Of a stretch of DNA of 64,000 nt, positions 54,117-64,000 are shown one piece after another. The notes under the pieces were generated by a model. It saw nothing but the letters and a program-made list of their open reading frames with translations, had not been told where the DNA came from and ran no database searches. Origin of the DNA: an uncultured Holophagales bacterium (lineage in GTDB: Bacteria; Acidobacteriota; Thermoanaerobaculia; Multivoradales; UBA5704). Where the stretch lies: positions 800,001 through 864,000 of the forward strand of contig CAWJGT010000009.1 in assembly GCA_963842525.1 (NCBI GenBank). Reading direction: 5' to 3'. The position numbers were made by a program, and so were the translations under genes. The number at the start of each line of letters is the position of its first letter. The stretch's first letter is position 1.

Positions 54117-55359
54117 TCAGAGGTGCCAGCACATTCGGGCTCACGACCTGGGCGCATCTCCAACAAAAGAGCCAAAAACGGTGGAAGACAGGGGCCAATC
54201 AGCCGTAGAGGGTTCTTTCGCCCAGCACCTAATTGCAGGCTCCCTGTCTTCCACCTGAATCAACCAAAAGCTTGCGCCGACCTGAACGGCACCTGGTCGC
54301 GCAGGATGTAGTACGCGGCACGAGTCAGCTTGTTCGAGATCGTCCGCAGGGCCACCAACTCGTTGGTCCTGGCCCGCTTGCGCTCGTAGAGACGCTTGGC
54401 GAGGGGCTCGAACCGAATGGCGAAATGTGAGGCCTCCATGAACGCCCAGGACAGGTACGGGTTGCCATTGCGTACGTTGCCGGAGCCCTTGACCTTGCCG
54501 TTGCTGAGGTGCTGACTGGGTACACAGCGGCAGTAGGAGGAGAAGTGGCCCGCCTCGGCAAAGCGAGCGATGGAGCCGGTCTCGTACATGATCGTCAGGG
54601 CAAGGGTCAGACCGATGCCGGGAATGCTCTCGAGCAGCTCGAACTCGGGCCTCAGTCTGGCCTGTTTGAGAACAGTTTTCTCGATGCCAGAGATTTGGTC
54701 TTTCAGCGTGCGGGCGATCGCCAGGCTGCTCGTGATCGTCAAGGCAATATGTGGGTCTGTGAATTGCTCCTCGACCTGCTCGGCAGTCATGCGCTTGAGC
54801 TCGCTGAGAGGAACTTGAGTCTCCGGTGTAGCGCGAGAAGACGTTTTTGACGCTCAGCAAGCTGGCGGTGCGCTGTCGCACCAGAAAGGCTCGACGGCGC
54901 AGTAGATCCCGCACCGCGCGCTCCTTTTTCGGATAGATGTGGCCGGTGGGCAAAATGTTGAGGTGGAGTAGACGCGCCAGCCATCGCGCGTCATGGCGAT
55001 CATCGACGTACTTCAACCCCTCGTACTGGCGAACTGCGGAGGTGTTGACCAAGCGAACCTCGTAGCCGGCCTCCATGAGGCCATCCACCAACCAGTACCA
55101 GTTGAAGGTGGACTCCACGGCGATCGCCTGGATCTGCTCCCGGAAGGGCTCCAGGGCTTCCAGGGCCGCCTCCAGACGGTTGGGCAACCGACGGCTGAGG
55201 ACAGCTTGTAGTTGTTCGTTCATCACCACGAGATAGCTGTTGGTTGAATGCAAGTCGATTCCGCAGTACAGTCCCATACGCTCCTCCTTTCAGGGATTGG
55301 TCTCCCGACGAGCCTATCGCGGCTCGTCAGAAGGGAGGAACCTTCTAGAGGATCATCAG
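54117..55359 (-). mobile_element. IS110-family element (IS1111-like, long 3' non-coding region)
   Basis: IS110 transposase; right end fixed by comparison with the copy at 24534; CTGA candidate core at both ends (left boundary inferred). Confidence 0.75.
54260..55277 (-). CDS. IS110 transposase, apparent +1 frameshift near 54810
   Basis: GIDLH, AVEST, KYVDDRHDA, SIPGIG, GNPYLSWAFMEA, split over ORFs 54141..55277 and 54260..54790. Confidence 0.85.
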
Positions 55360-55598
55360 CCGAATCTTGACCTCCTGAAGAGTCAATCGCACTTCCCAGC
55401 CGCGTTTCGGCGAGAAAACTGGCTGGTAAGTAGCACCTGAGCACGCCTTGAGGCCGTCGCTCACCCTTTGTGTGTGCGTTTTGGATGGCTTGTATGACCC
55501 GTCCGGACTTGAAGTGCACACACCTCTCCCTCTTCCGCGCGCAGGAAGTCGGCGGCCGGAAACTGCGAAGGCTGTCAGCGGCCAGAAACGCCCGAAGC

Positions 55599-55830
55599 CT
55601 ATCCGCTCACCCAGGGTAGGGCCGGTGGGCAGCTGCCCGCCGGGAAGACAACATCACGCATCCCCGCCTTGAGCTTTTCCGCAGCCGTTCGAAAGGCACC
55701 CAGGAATTCGCCGTAGGCCCGGTAGAGCTCGAGGCGGACCTTCTTGCTCGCCGCATGGAAGAGAGGAGCGGGCGATTTCTTGGATGGCTGGCCGGCCATG
55801 TCGCTTCTGGTTTCGGATTGCCTCGGGCCC
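55599..55830 (-). pseudogene. C-terminal remnant of a probable REP-associated (Y1/RAYT-like) transposase
   Basis: PLFHAASKKVRLELYRAYGEFLGAFRTAAEKLKAG.RDVVFPAG; recalled similarity only; adjacent to the REP-like cluster. Confidence 0.5.
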
Positions 55831-56003
55831 GAGAGCCGCCTTTGGCGGGCACCTAGTTCTACTTTGTCAGATTCGCTCGGCTTCGGTTGGAGAGGCCCCG
55901 AAGGGGTCTGGGCATAAAGATGCTATGCAGGGCGAGGGGGTGCAAGAGCGGGGCCGCTGGTTGTATGTTTCGGGGAACTTAGCGTTTGAAAGGGGAACCC
56001 CGA

Positions 56004-57142
56004 TGAACCAGACAGCCCAGAAGGCAGAGTTTACGCGAACGGAGAGAGCATTGCACGTGGCATTGGAGCTGGGCGGTAGCGAGTGGAAGTTGGCTTTTGC
56101 TGCGGAGGCTGGCCCGAAACCTCGGCTGCGCTCGGTGGCGGCCGGGGATCTCAACGGGCTGATGTTGGAGATCGGACGCGCCAAACACCGTTTCGGTTTA
56201 CCGGAAACAACTCCTGTCGTGAGTTGCTACGAGGCAGGCCGGGATGGATTCTGGCTTCACCGGTTCTTGCTGCTGGAGGGTGTGGAGAACGTTGTGGTGG
56301 ACTCCTCGAGCATCGAGGTGAATCGTCGGGCTCGGCGGGCGAAGACGGACCGGGTTGACGCTGAGAAGTTGCTGTCGCTGCTGATCCGCTACGCGGCAGG
56401 TGAAAGAAAAGTGTTCGGTGTGGCGCATGCGCCGACGCCGGAGCAGGAGGATGTGCGCCACCTGGGTCGAGAGTTGGAGGGCCTGAAGCAGGAGCGGACG
56501 GCCCACACCAATCGGATCAAGTCCTTGCTGGTGAGCCTTGGAATCCGGGTGAAGGTAGGCAAGGGGTTTGCGCAGCAGTTGGAGCAGTTGCGGCAGTGGA
56601 ACGGCGAGCCGCTGCTGCCAGTCTTGCGGGAGCGTCTGCGTCGGGAAGTCGAGCGGCTGGAGCTTCTGGAGAGTCAGATCAAGGAGTTGGAGCAAACTCG
56701 GCAGCGGGCCGAAGCCGCGTCCAGAGAGGGCGGGATGGTGCAGCGGCTGAAAAAGCTCAAGGCCATCGGCGACAACAGCGCCTGGTTGTTCGTCCTGGAA
56801 TTTTTTGGCTGGCGGCAGTTCCGGAATCGCCGTGAGGTAGGCAGCTTGGCTGGGTTGACGCCGATGCCCTACAAGAGCGGCACGACGGTGGACCACGAGC
56901 AGGGGATCAGTAAGTCCGGCAATGTGCGGGTGCGTACGATGTCGATCGAGATCGCCTGGGCGTGGTTGCGGTTCCAGCCGCAGAGCCGCTTGAGCTTATG
57001 GTTCCAGGGGCGCTATGGCCCTGGGAACCGGCGCTCGCGACGGGTAGGGATCGTGGCCCTGGCGCGCAAGCTTCTGACCGCGCTGTGGCGCTACTTGGAC
57101 CAAGGGATCATTCCTGATGGCGCTGAGCTGAAGGCCAGGTAA
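56004..57142 (+). CDS. IS110-family transposase
   Basis: VALELG, SCYEAG, RAKTDRVDA, GLTP..SG, GISKSGN, VALARKL. Confidence 0.92.
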
Positions 57143-57193
57143 GGATCAAGAGGCAGAAAGTGTGACCGCAAAATAGGAGATTTCAGGCTGGGA

Positions 57194-57351
57194 GGAGCGT
57201 GCCCGGCGCCAGGCTGGGTTCGGTTTCGAGCCGCCATTAAAGATGGGGCCGCTCCGTTTGCTTGCCCGAGTCGCTCGCAGCGCATGCTGCATTTGGTGCC
57301 CTCTCCAAGAAATTGAGGGAGGTCAGCACGGATAGAAGCTTGACGGGGACT
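57194..57351 (+). ncRNA. putative bridge/seekRNA of the IS110 element
   Basis: Two hairpins with internal loops. Loop 1 holds GCGCCAGGCT and TAAAG (target matches); loop 2 holds ATAGAAG (donor-junction match). Confidence 0.65.
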
Positions 57352-57688
57352 ACGGTTCCTGGCGCAATCGGCAAGCCCCAGACGGGATCGCATTTGAGGT
57401 AGGAGAAACAGCACCTTGCTGCCGGGGGAGCTCCGGGCAACAAACCTCAGGCGGCATTCAGGAAGGAGACGAAACGCAGACCCACTTACCCGAAACGCTT
57501 GACAACGGGGGCCCACATAGAAGCCTGGCGCTTCAGCGCCAGGTTGGCGCCTCCAATTTCCAGGAGCCCTGAAGGGGCGCAGGCATTCCATCCACCCGCA
57601 GCGGGGCTCGCGCACTCGCCCATGCCGTCGCCCCTTCGGGGCTGAGGATTGAATGGGGCCGCGGTCCTGGGGTTGAAACCCCAGGCTT

Positions 57689-59529
57689 GTGCGCCCGTGA
57701 GCGCACACGTTCAGAGAGGTGAAAGTCCTCTTCAGGCATACGCTCTCCGGCCTGTAACCGAAGGTAACTGCGTCGCCCAAAGCGAGGTGGAGAGCAACCG
57801 GAGGTGAGAGACCAGTCCGCAGGAGACGAAATCGATTCGGCCTTGTGACCCCGACGAGCCTGCAAGCCACTGGCGAAGTCTGGACCCTCAAGGGAGACCC
57901 ATCGAGCTGAGGGGTAGCGTGCGAAAGCGGCGATGGGGGGGCGTAGGGTGATTGGATGCAGAATGGTCTCAAAGGACGTGTGACGTGAAGCGGGGAGACC
58001 TCGGTCGGGCAGGAGACTTGCCGAGGAGTCAGAGTCCTCATAGGAGCTGAGAAGCGCCGTAACGGGCGTGGAGCAAAGGGGGACAGGGAGGTGGATGCGT
58101 GACGACTGGACAAGCGGAAAGCAACCGCGCGTCAGTGCCTGTAAGGGCTAAACAAGCCGGAGAAGTCCGGGGCCGGTGGCCCTGGGTGGAACCGCATGTC
58201 TGGACGGATCGCATGTTGACGGCCCTCGAAGCTGGGGTCCAAGGAGGCCAATGGTTCAGTCTGATCGACAAGGTCTATGACTCGCGCAACCTGGACTCTT
58301 CCTACCAGCGGGTCAGGCGGAACCAGGGAAGCGCTGGGGTTGACCACGTGACGGTCGCGCAGTTCAGCGCCCACCTCGGCAAGAACCTGGAGAACCTGGC
58401 GGCTAGTCTGAAAGACGGCAGTTATCGTCCGCAGGCGATTCGCCGGGTGTGGATACCCAAGCCGGGTAGCTCCGAGGAGCGCCCTCTGGGGATTCCGACG
58501 GTTCAAGACCGGGTGGTGCAAGGAGCGCTGCGCAATGTCTTGGAACCGATCTTCGAACGGGAGTTTGCAGCCCAGAGCTACGGATTCCGTCCGGGGAGAA
58601 GTACCAAGGCTGCGCTGCGTCGCGTCTCGGAGCTGCTGGAGGCCGGCTATACCCATGTGGTGGACGCCGACCTGCGCAGCTATTACGACACGATCCCTCG
58701 CCAGGGTTTGATGGCGAGAATCGAAGCGAAGGTATCGGACGGCCGGGTCTTGGACCTGGTGCGTGCCTTTCTCGACCAGGAAGTGATGGTGGGTCTGGAG
58801 CACTGGACTCCTGAGGAGGGAACTCCACAAGGAGCGGTGATCAGTCCCCTGCTGTCGAATATCTACCTGGACCCTCTCGACCATCAAATGGCCGAACAAG
58901 GTTATGAGATGGTGCGGTACGCTGATGACTTCGTGATTTTGTGCCGTAGCCGAGAAGAGGCCGAGCGAGCGTTGGCGGAGGTGGAGGAGTGGACGGCAGC
59001 CGCCGGTCTGCAACTTCATCCCGACAAGACGCGCATCGTGGACGCCACCCAGCCGGGTGGCTTCGACTTCCTTGGGTACCACTTCGAGCGCGGCTATCGC
59101 TGGCCGAGCAAGAAGAGCCTGAAGAAGCACAAGGACACGATCCGTTCCCACACCAAGCGCACGCACGGCATCAGCCTGCGAGAGATCATCCGCCGAGTCA
59201 ACGCAGTCCGTCGGGGCTGGTTTGAGTACTTCAAACACAGTCACGGCACCACGTTCAAGCCTCTCGACCAGTGGGTGCGGATGCGCCTGAGGAGCATCCT
59301 TCGCCACCGGCAAGGGAGACGAGGACGTGGCCGGGGTCAGGACCATCATCGCTGGCCGAACGCCTTCTTTGCTGAGCATGGGTTGTTCTCCTACGTCACA
59401 GCCTATGCTCAGGCCCGTCAATCCTCTAGCAGGTAAAACCACCAACTGGAGAGCCGGATGCGGGAGATCCGCATGTCCGGTTCGGAGGGAGGGGGAGCCG
59501 GGAACTCAACCGGCCCTCCCTACCCCTAT
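57689..59529 (+). mobile_element. group II intron 2 (intact)
   Basis: 5' GTGCGCCCG; domain V GAGAGCCGGATGCGGGAGATCCGCATGTCCGGTTCGG; 3' ACCCCTAT; exons rejoin to a REP-like unit. Confidence 0.92.
58099..59436 (+). CDS. ltrA: group II intron reverse transcriptase/maturase (no endonuclease domain)
   Basis: RPLGIPT, GTPQG, RYADDF, FDFLGY. Confidence 0.93.
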   Translation: MTTGQAESNRASVPVRAKQAGEVRGRWPWVEPHVWTDRMLTALEAGVQGGQWFSLIDKVYDSRNLDSSYQRVRRNQGSAGVDHVTVAQFSAHLGKNLENLAASLKDGSYRPQAIRRVWIPKPGSSEERPLGIPTVQDRVVQGALRNVLEPIFEREFAAQSYGFRPGRSTKAALRRVSELLEAGYTHVVDADLRSYYDTIPRQGLMARIEAKVSDGRVLDLVRAFLDQEVMVGLEHWTPEEGTPQGAVISPLLSNIYLDPLDHQMAEQGYEMVRYADDFVILCRSREEAERALAEVEEWTAAAGLQLHPDKTRIVDATQPGGFDFLGYHFERGYRWPSKKSLKKHKDTIRSHTKRTHGISLREIIRRVNAVRRGWFEYFKHSHGTTFKPLDQWVRMRLRSILRHRQGRRGRGRGQDHHRWPNAFFAEHGLFSYVTAYAQARQSSSR

Positions 59530-61106
59530 TACGCCGTCGCCCCTTCGGGGCAGTCGCAAGCCGGGCTCAGTCTAACAAAGTAGAACTAGGCCGGCGCCCT
59601 TGGGGAAGGGAACGACGTAAACCCTTGATTTGAAGTGAGCAAGAGCCGTGTCCAGTCATTAGGCGGGGTGCCAGATCTTCTGCGGAGGCTCAGAAGGGGC
59701 GCCGGCTCATCGGGTGGAACCTCCTGAGGGGAGGAGCGCGCGCCCCTCCCTGGACCGGGTGTAGAATCGGGTGGAACCTCTTTGGTTCTGCGCCGGCTGC
59801 ATCCAAAACGGCGCGTGCCACCGTCTCAGGCGCAGGAGGGAACGGTGATGATAAGGACCTTCACGATGCTTGCCAGAAGCCTCTTTGCCCTGGCGCTGCT
59901 GGTCAACGCGAGCGGATTGTTATCCCAAACGCTGCCGTCGAGCGATGACAAGAAACGGCTGGAACGTTTCGAGAAGGAGGTCGATGACCTTCGCAACCGC
60001 CTCAAGATCCCCGGCCTGTCCGCGGTCATCGTCAAGGATCAAAAGGTGTTGTGGGTCAAAGGATTCGGTTTCGCGGACCTCGAGAACCGGACCCCTGCGA
60101 CCCCGGATACCCTTTACTCCATCGCCTCAGTGACCAAGACATTCGCGGCGACGCTCGTCATGCAGCTCGTGGAGCAAGGGAAGCTGGACCTCGACGAGCC
60201 GATCTCCCATTACTCGAGCGATTTCAAGGACGATACGGTCAGGATCAAGCACCTTCTCAGCCATACCGCGCATGGAACGCCCGGAGAACGCTTCCAGTAC
60301 GACGGCAACCGCTTCGACTACCTGACGGCAGTCATCGAGAAGAAGACCGGCAAGCGGTTCCTCGAGGTGATCGTCGAAACCTTCTTCGACCCTCTGGAGA
60401 TGTCGAGCAGCGTTCCGTATCACAACGTCGTGGACGATGCGGACAAGTGGGTTGCTTCGCTGGGGAAGAAACACCTCGATCGTTACAGGGAAAACCTGGC
60501 GAGGTTGGCTCAACCCTATACGTATTACGGCGACGGCGAAACCGTTCACGATACCTACCCACCCAAGGATTTCATCGGTGCGGCGGCAGGGTTGCTATCG
60601 ACCGTCCAGGATGTGGCCAAGTACGATATCGCGATCGATCGCCACGTATTCCTGAAGAAGGAGACGCAGGAAAAAGCCTGGACGCCTTTCGTCTCGAACG
60701 GCGGAGAGCGGCTCCCTTACGGATGGGGCTGGTTCGTCACGGATTACCACGGGCTCAAGCTGATCTGGCATTACGGTCACTGGGGCACCGGGTTCTCCGC
60801 GACGTATGTCAAAGTACCGGAGAAGAATGTCTCGATCGTCATGCTCGCCAACAGCGAGGCACTTGCCGACCACGGGGGCGAGGACCTCACAACCAATGTC
60901 TTCGTGTGCAGGTTCCTCGGCCTGTGGGGCCATGCATACGACTGCGAGCGAAATTCCCAAACAGCGCTCGCGAAGTGGATCGAGCAGCGTAGGGCGAAGG
61001 GGCGCGTCGCCGTGCGTGTAGCCCCCAACATCCTCGAAGCCTATGTTGGACTGGAGTTGCCCCGGTTTCGTGGACACTTTATCCTTTGGGATAATAGGAG
61101 TGTCCG

Positions 61107-61427
61107 ATGCCCAGAACCCGTCCCCCGTACAGTCCTGAGTTCCGGCAACAGATGGTGGAGTTGGTGCGAGCAGGTCGCACCCCGGAGGAGCTGTCGCGAG
61201 AGTTTGAGCCATCGGCTCAGGCGATCCGCAACTGGGTCCAGCAGAGCGGCGGGAACGTCGAGAGTCGTCGCGAGGCCGGCGGCCTGACGAGCGCAGAGAA
61301 CGAGGAGCTGCGCCGTCTGAGGCGGGAGAACCGTCAACTGCGTGAAGAGCGGGAGATTCTGGCAAAAGCCGCGGCCTGGTTCGCTCGGGAGACCGGATCG
61401 ATTCCGTCGAGGTGTTCAGATTCGTGA
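61107..61427 (+). CDS. IS3 transposase OrfA
   Basis: YSPEFRQQMV HTH; ELRRLRREN..L..EREIL.KA. Confidence 0.9.
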   Translation: MPRTRPPYSPEFRQQMVELVRAGRTPEELSREFEPSAQAIRNWVQQSGGNVESRREAGGLTSAENEELRRLRRENRQLREEREILAKAAAWFARETGSIPSRCSDS

Positions 61428-62269
61428 GCGCCAACCAGGCGAAGTACCCGGTGCGCCGGCTGTGCCGTCTGCTGGGAGTCTCCCCCAGCGGGTACTACGC
61501 GTGGTCGCGTCGATCGATCTCGCAGCATGCACGGTCCGACGCGGAGCTTGTGGCGCGGATCAGAGCCATCCACGAGCGTTCGCGGGGGACGTACGGGTCG
61601 CCGCGGATCCACGCAGAGCTGCGCGCTTGCGGTGTGCTGGTGAGCCGCAAGCGGGTGGCTCGGCTGATGCGCGAGGCGGGGTTGCGGGGAGCCAGTCGTC
61701 GTCGCCCGATCACCACGACGGTGCGGGATGCGAAGAGCCGTCCGGCCCCGGACCTGGTGAAGAGGGACTTCGCGGCCGGCGGTCGCGATCGGCTCTGGGT
61801 GGCCGACATCACCTACATTCCGACCGGGTCGGGGTTCCTGTACCTGGCGGTGGTGGTGGATGCCTGGAGCCGTCGTGTGGTGGGCTGGTCGATGGCCACG
61901 CATCTGCGGACAGAACTGGTTTTGGAGGCGCTGAACATGGCCTTGGGGCAACGCCGGCCGCAGGGAGTGATCCATCACTCCGACCAGGGGAGCCAGTACA
62001 CCTCCATCGCCTTCGGCCAGCGCTGCCGTGAGGCCGGCGTGCGGCCGTCAATGGGGTCCGTGGGTGACTGTTTCGACAACGCGCTGTGTGAGAGCTTTTT
62101 CGCCACCCTGGAGTGCGAGCTCTTGGAGCGCCGTCGGTTCGGCACGCAGGTGGAGGCCCGCCTGGCCGTCTTCGAGTTCCTCGAGGGCTGGTACAACCCG
62201 CATCGTCGTCATTCGGGCCTGGGCTACCTGAGCCCAGTGGAGTTCGAACGACGCGGGGAGGCGGCGTAA
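61412..62269 (+). CDS. IS3 transposase OrfB (DDE; -1 frame relative to OrfA)
   Basis: WVADITY, HHSDQGSQY, DNALCESFF, YNPHRRHS. Confidence 0.92.
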   Translation: MFRFVSANQAKYPVRRLCRLLGVSPSGYYAWSRRSISQHARSDAELVARIRAIHERSRGTYGSPRIHAELRACGVLVSRKRVARLMREAGLRGASRRRPITTTVRDAKSRPAPDLVKRDFAAGGRDRLWVADITYIPTGSGFLYLAVVVDAWSRRVVGWSMATHLRTELVLEALNMALGQRRPQGVIHHSDQGSQYTSIAFGQRCREAGVRPSMGSVGDCFDNALCESFFATLECELLERRRFGTQVEARLAVFEFLEGWYNPHRRHSGLGYLSPVEFERRGEAA

Positions 62270-62683
62270 CGTGACGCCAAACCGCGGCCCGCTACGCGTT
62301 TCCGTAGGACCTTGGTGCTGGGGGGCTCTGCCCCCCAGGCCCCCCGAAGAACGAGTTGAGAACCCAAGCCCTAAACCGTCCACCAAACCGGGGCAGGTCC
62401 AGACAGTACCAATTCGAGACGCTGGACAACCGGATTTTCACCATCACGCGGGAGGGCGACAGGCTATTCATCACCTATCCCACGGGTTCCAAGATCGAGC
62501 TGTTTGCCGAGTCGGAGTCGAGATTCTTCCTGAAGATCAGACCGTATCAGTTGGTATTCACCAAAGGTGAAGGGAAGGCCGCTCAGCTGGAAATTGTTGA
62601 GGGTGACGAGACTTTCCACTCGAAGAGGATCAAGTAGAAACTCCAGCCGTTTTCGGGAAGCTTCGGCGCGATCCAAGGAGGCG

Positions 62684-62790
62684 GAGGCCCTCCTTGACCC
62701 CATGGCTCAGGATGTACGTGAGGCGCTCGATCTGGGCCTGGGGCTCGTCGCTGATCGGGATGGCCTGGAAACGGCGGGTCCAGAGATTTC
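62684..62790 (-). pseudogene. internal fragment of a Y1/RAYT-like transposase
   Basis: LWTRRFQAIPISDEPQAQIERLTYILSHGVKEGL resembles the W..R....Y...NPVK.GL catalytic region. Confidence 0.55.
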
Positions 62791-62884
62791 TGGAAGCCGA
62801 CCAACCCTTCGTGCTTGCCGTGCCACAAAGAGGATGAAGAGTGAGATGACCCGTTCGGCGATGCCGAACAGACAAGGAGGTCTT

Positions 62885-63988
62885 ATGTGGCGATCGATGC
62901 AAGTGACAGTTGGAGCGCTTCTCGTCGCAGCCTGCGCCCTGCCGTTGGAGGCGCAGACTGCGACCGATCCGTCCCAAAGCCCCGGCGGGACCCCGCCGGT
63001 GGGAGGGCTCGGCATCACGAGGCTCTTCTGTGAAGGGGGGCCGTGCCATCCGAAGGCGCCGGACGGCGGCTGGGACCCGCGCTTCCGGGTCGAGCCGGAG
63101 GTCCGTGGCATCGAGAAGGACTGCCCGGCGGACAGCGCTCTTTTCCGCGGCGACGTTCTGGTCGCCATCGACGGGCTCCGTCTCACGACCGCGGAGGGTG
63201 GCCGCCGCTTCTCCCGGCTCCCTGCGGACCACCCCGTGACCCTGACGGTGCGGCGGGACGGGGATCTGCGCGACGTGCAACTGGTGACGAGCAGCGAATG
63301 CCCGCCCCCGCCCCAGCCACCGGCGCCGCCACGCCCGCCGGCACCGCCAAGCCCGCCCGCGCCGCCGAGCCAGCCGGCGGTAGTCCCTGCTCCGGCGCCG
63401 CCACCCCCGCCCCAACTGTCGGCCCCGCCCAAACCGCCGGCCCCGCCCAAGCCGCCGGCCCCACCCAAGCCTCCTATTCCGCAGGCCACGGCTCCGCACG
63501 TTTGGCTGGGCTTCAGCTTCGAGTGCCGGAACTGCAGTTATCGGTCGGGTCCGGGAGGAGAGCAGGGCTGGACGTTCGTCGACCTGCCATTCGTCGACCA
63601 GGTCGAGCCTGGCGGACCCGCGGCCACGGCCGGTCTCCAGACCGGCGATCGTCTGACCCATCTCGACGGCATTCCGATGAATTCCCCGGAAGCGGGGCGT
63701 CGCTTCACGGCCCTGCAGCCGGGCCAGGCCATGGTCTGGACCGTGGAGCGCGGCGGCGAACAGCGGAAGATCCGGATGGTGGCCCAGCCGCGGCGGGATA
63801 AGGCCGGCGCCGCCGTCTCCGGCGACGCAGCGGAGCGGCTTCGCTACACCGGTGCAGTCAAGGGGGCTCAGGTCGAGGTGCGGGGCGCCCCTGTCAATGT
63901 GACCGAGGATGCCCGCAACGGTGAGATCCTGATCCGGAGCCGCGACCTTCTGGTGCGGGTCAAGGTGCCGCCGAAGAGTCAGGGGTAA
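62885..63988 (+). CDS. secreted protein with two PDZ-like domains and Pro-rich linker
   Basis: Signal peptide; GDVLVAIDG and VEPGGPA..AGLQTGD..THLDG; AAGGAGG RBS. Confidence 0.8.
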   Translation: MWRSMQVTVGALLVAACALPLEAQTATDPSQSPGGTPPVGGLGITRLFCEGGPCHPKAPDGGWDPRFRVEPEVRGIEKDCPADSALFRGDVLVAIDGLRLTTAEGGRRFSRLPADHPVTLTVRRDGDLRDVQLVTSSECPPPPQPPAPPRPPAPPSPPAPPSQPAVVPAPAPPPPPQLSAPPKPPAPPKPPAPPKPPIPQATAPHVWLGFSFECRNCSYRSGPGGEQGWTFVDLPFVDQVEPGGPAATAGLQTGDRLTHLDGIPMNSPEAGRRFTALQPGQAMVWTVERGGEQRKIRMVAQPRRDKAGAAVSGDAAERLRYTGAVKGAQVEVRGAPVNVTEDARNGEILIRSRDLLVRVKVPPKSQG

Positions 63989-64000
63989 ACCCAGGGGTAA

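Larger units (their letters stand above)
55920..57523 (+). mobile_element. IS110/IS1111-family element inserted in a REP-like repeat
   Basis: AAG core at 55917-55919 and 57521-57523; flanks rejoin to a full REP-like unit; CTATG/CATAG sub-terminal IR; TTGACA near the right end. Confidence 0.85.
55895..59551. repeat. REP-like repeat cluster split by the IS110 and intron 2 (parts at 55895-55919, 57524-57688, 59530-59551)
   Basis: Units of the form CCTGG-hairpin-CCAGG-CTT-TA(T/C)GCC-N3-(G/A)CCCCTTCGGGGC in both orientations. Confidence 0.8.
61052..62401 (+). mobile_element. IS3-family insertion sequence
   Basis: IRs TGGAGTTGCCCCGGTTTCGTGGAC / GTCCACCAAACCGGGGCAGGTCCA; 3-bp duplication GAC at 61049-61051 and 62402-62404. 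Confidence 0.93.
59848..62637 (+). pseudogene. serine hydrolase (beta-lactamase family) with C-terminal DUF3471-like domain, split by IS3
   Basis: IASVTK (SxxK), HLLSHT, YGWGW, WHYG; halves rejoin as AYVG|QYQFE. Confidence 0.85.

Noticed and set aside
61052-61287. C-terminus of the 501-aa serine hydrolase ORF
   Set aside because: IS3-derived read-through; the real C-terminus resumes at 62405.
63300-63490. Pro-rich repeats in the PDZ protein as a special repeat system
   Set aside because: Ordinary low-complexity PPAPPK linker between domains.

Overview
GC-rich bacterial window, probably Acidobacteria (Thermoanaerobaculia-like; inferred from gene content only). Housekeeping and catabolic blocks: STAS/RsbW pair, CPBP protease, acyl-CoA dehydrogenase-glpX-dcd, lon, and an anthranilate/salicylate-CoA (abm-like) degradation operon. 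They alternate with accessory regions rich in mobile DNA. One is a nest of IS21, an IS110 right end, a group II intron and a Mu/Tn7-like 4-gene transposon. Others are a decayed IS200, two further IS110/IS1111 elements with readable bridge/seekRNA-like 3' regions, a second group II intron and an IS3 that splits a serine hydrolase. Best candidates for undescribed biology: (1) a 4-gene operon in which a CHAT protease, a membrane protein and a small helical protein share an amyloid/RHIM-like NxG[ILV][IL]NxG motif; (2) a secreted precursor with three NGGQLDPxG cores next to a Zn-finger/TPR protein (RRNPP-like peptide signalling?); (3) a REP-like repeat hit at the same CTT trinucleotide by both an RNA-guided IS110 and a group II intron; (4) an (AbrB-ACT)2-TIR/NDT-like protein. 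Several genes carry single-base frameshifts that could be assembly errors. No rRNA, tRNA or CRISPR array was recognised. All family calls come from visual motif recognition, not database searches.
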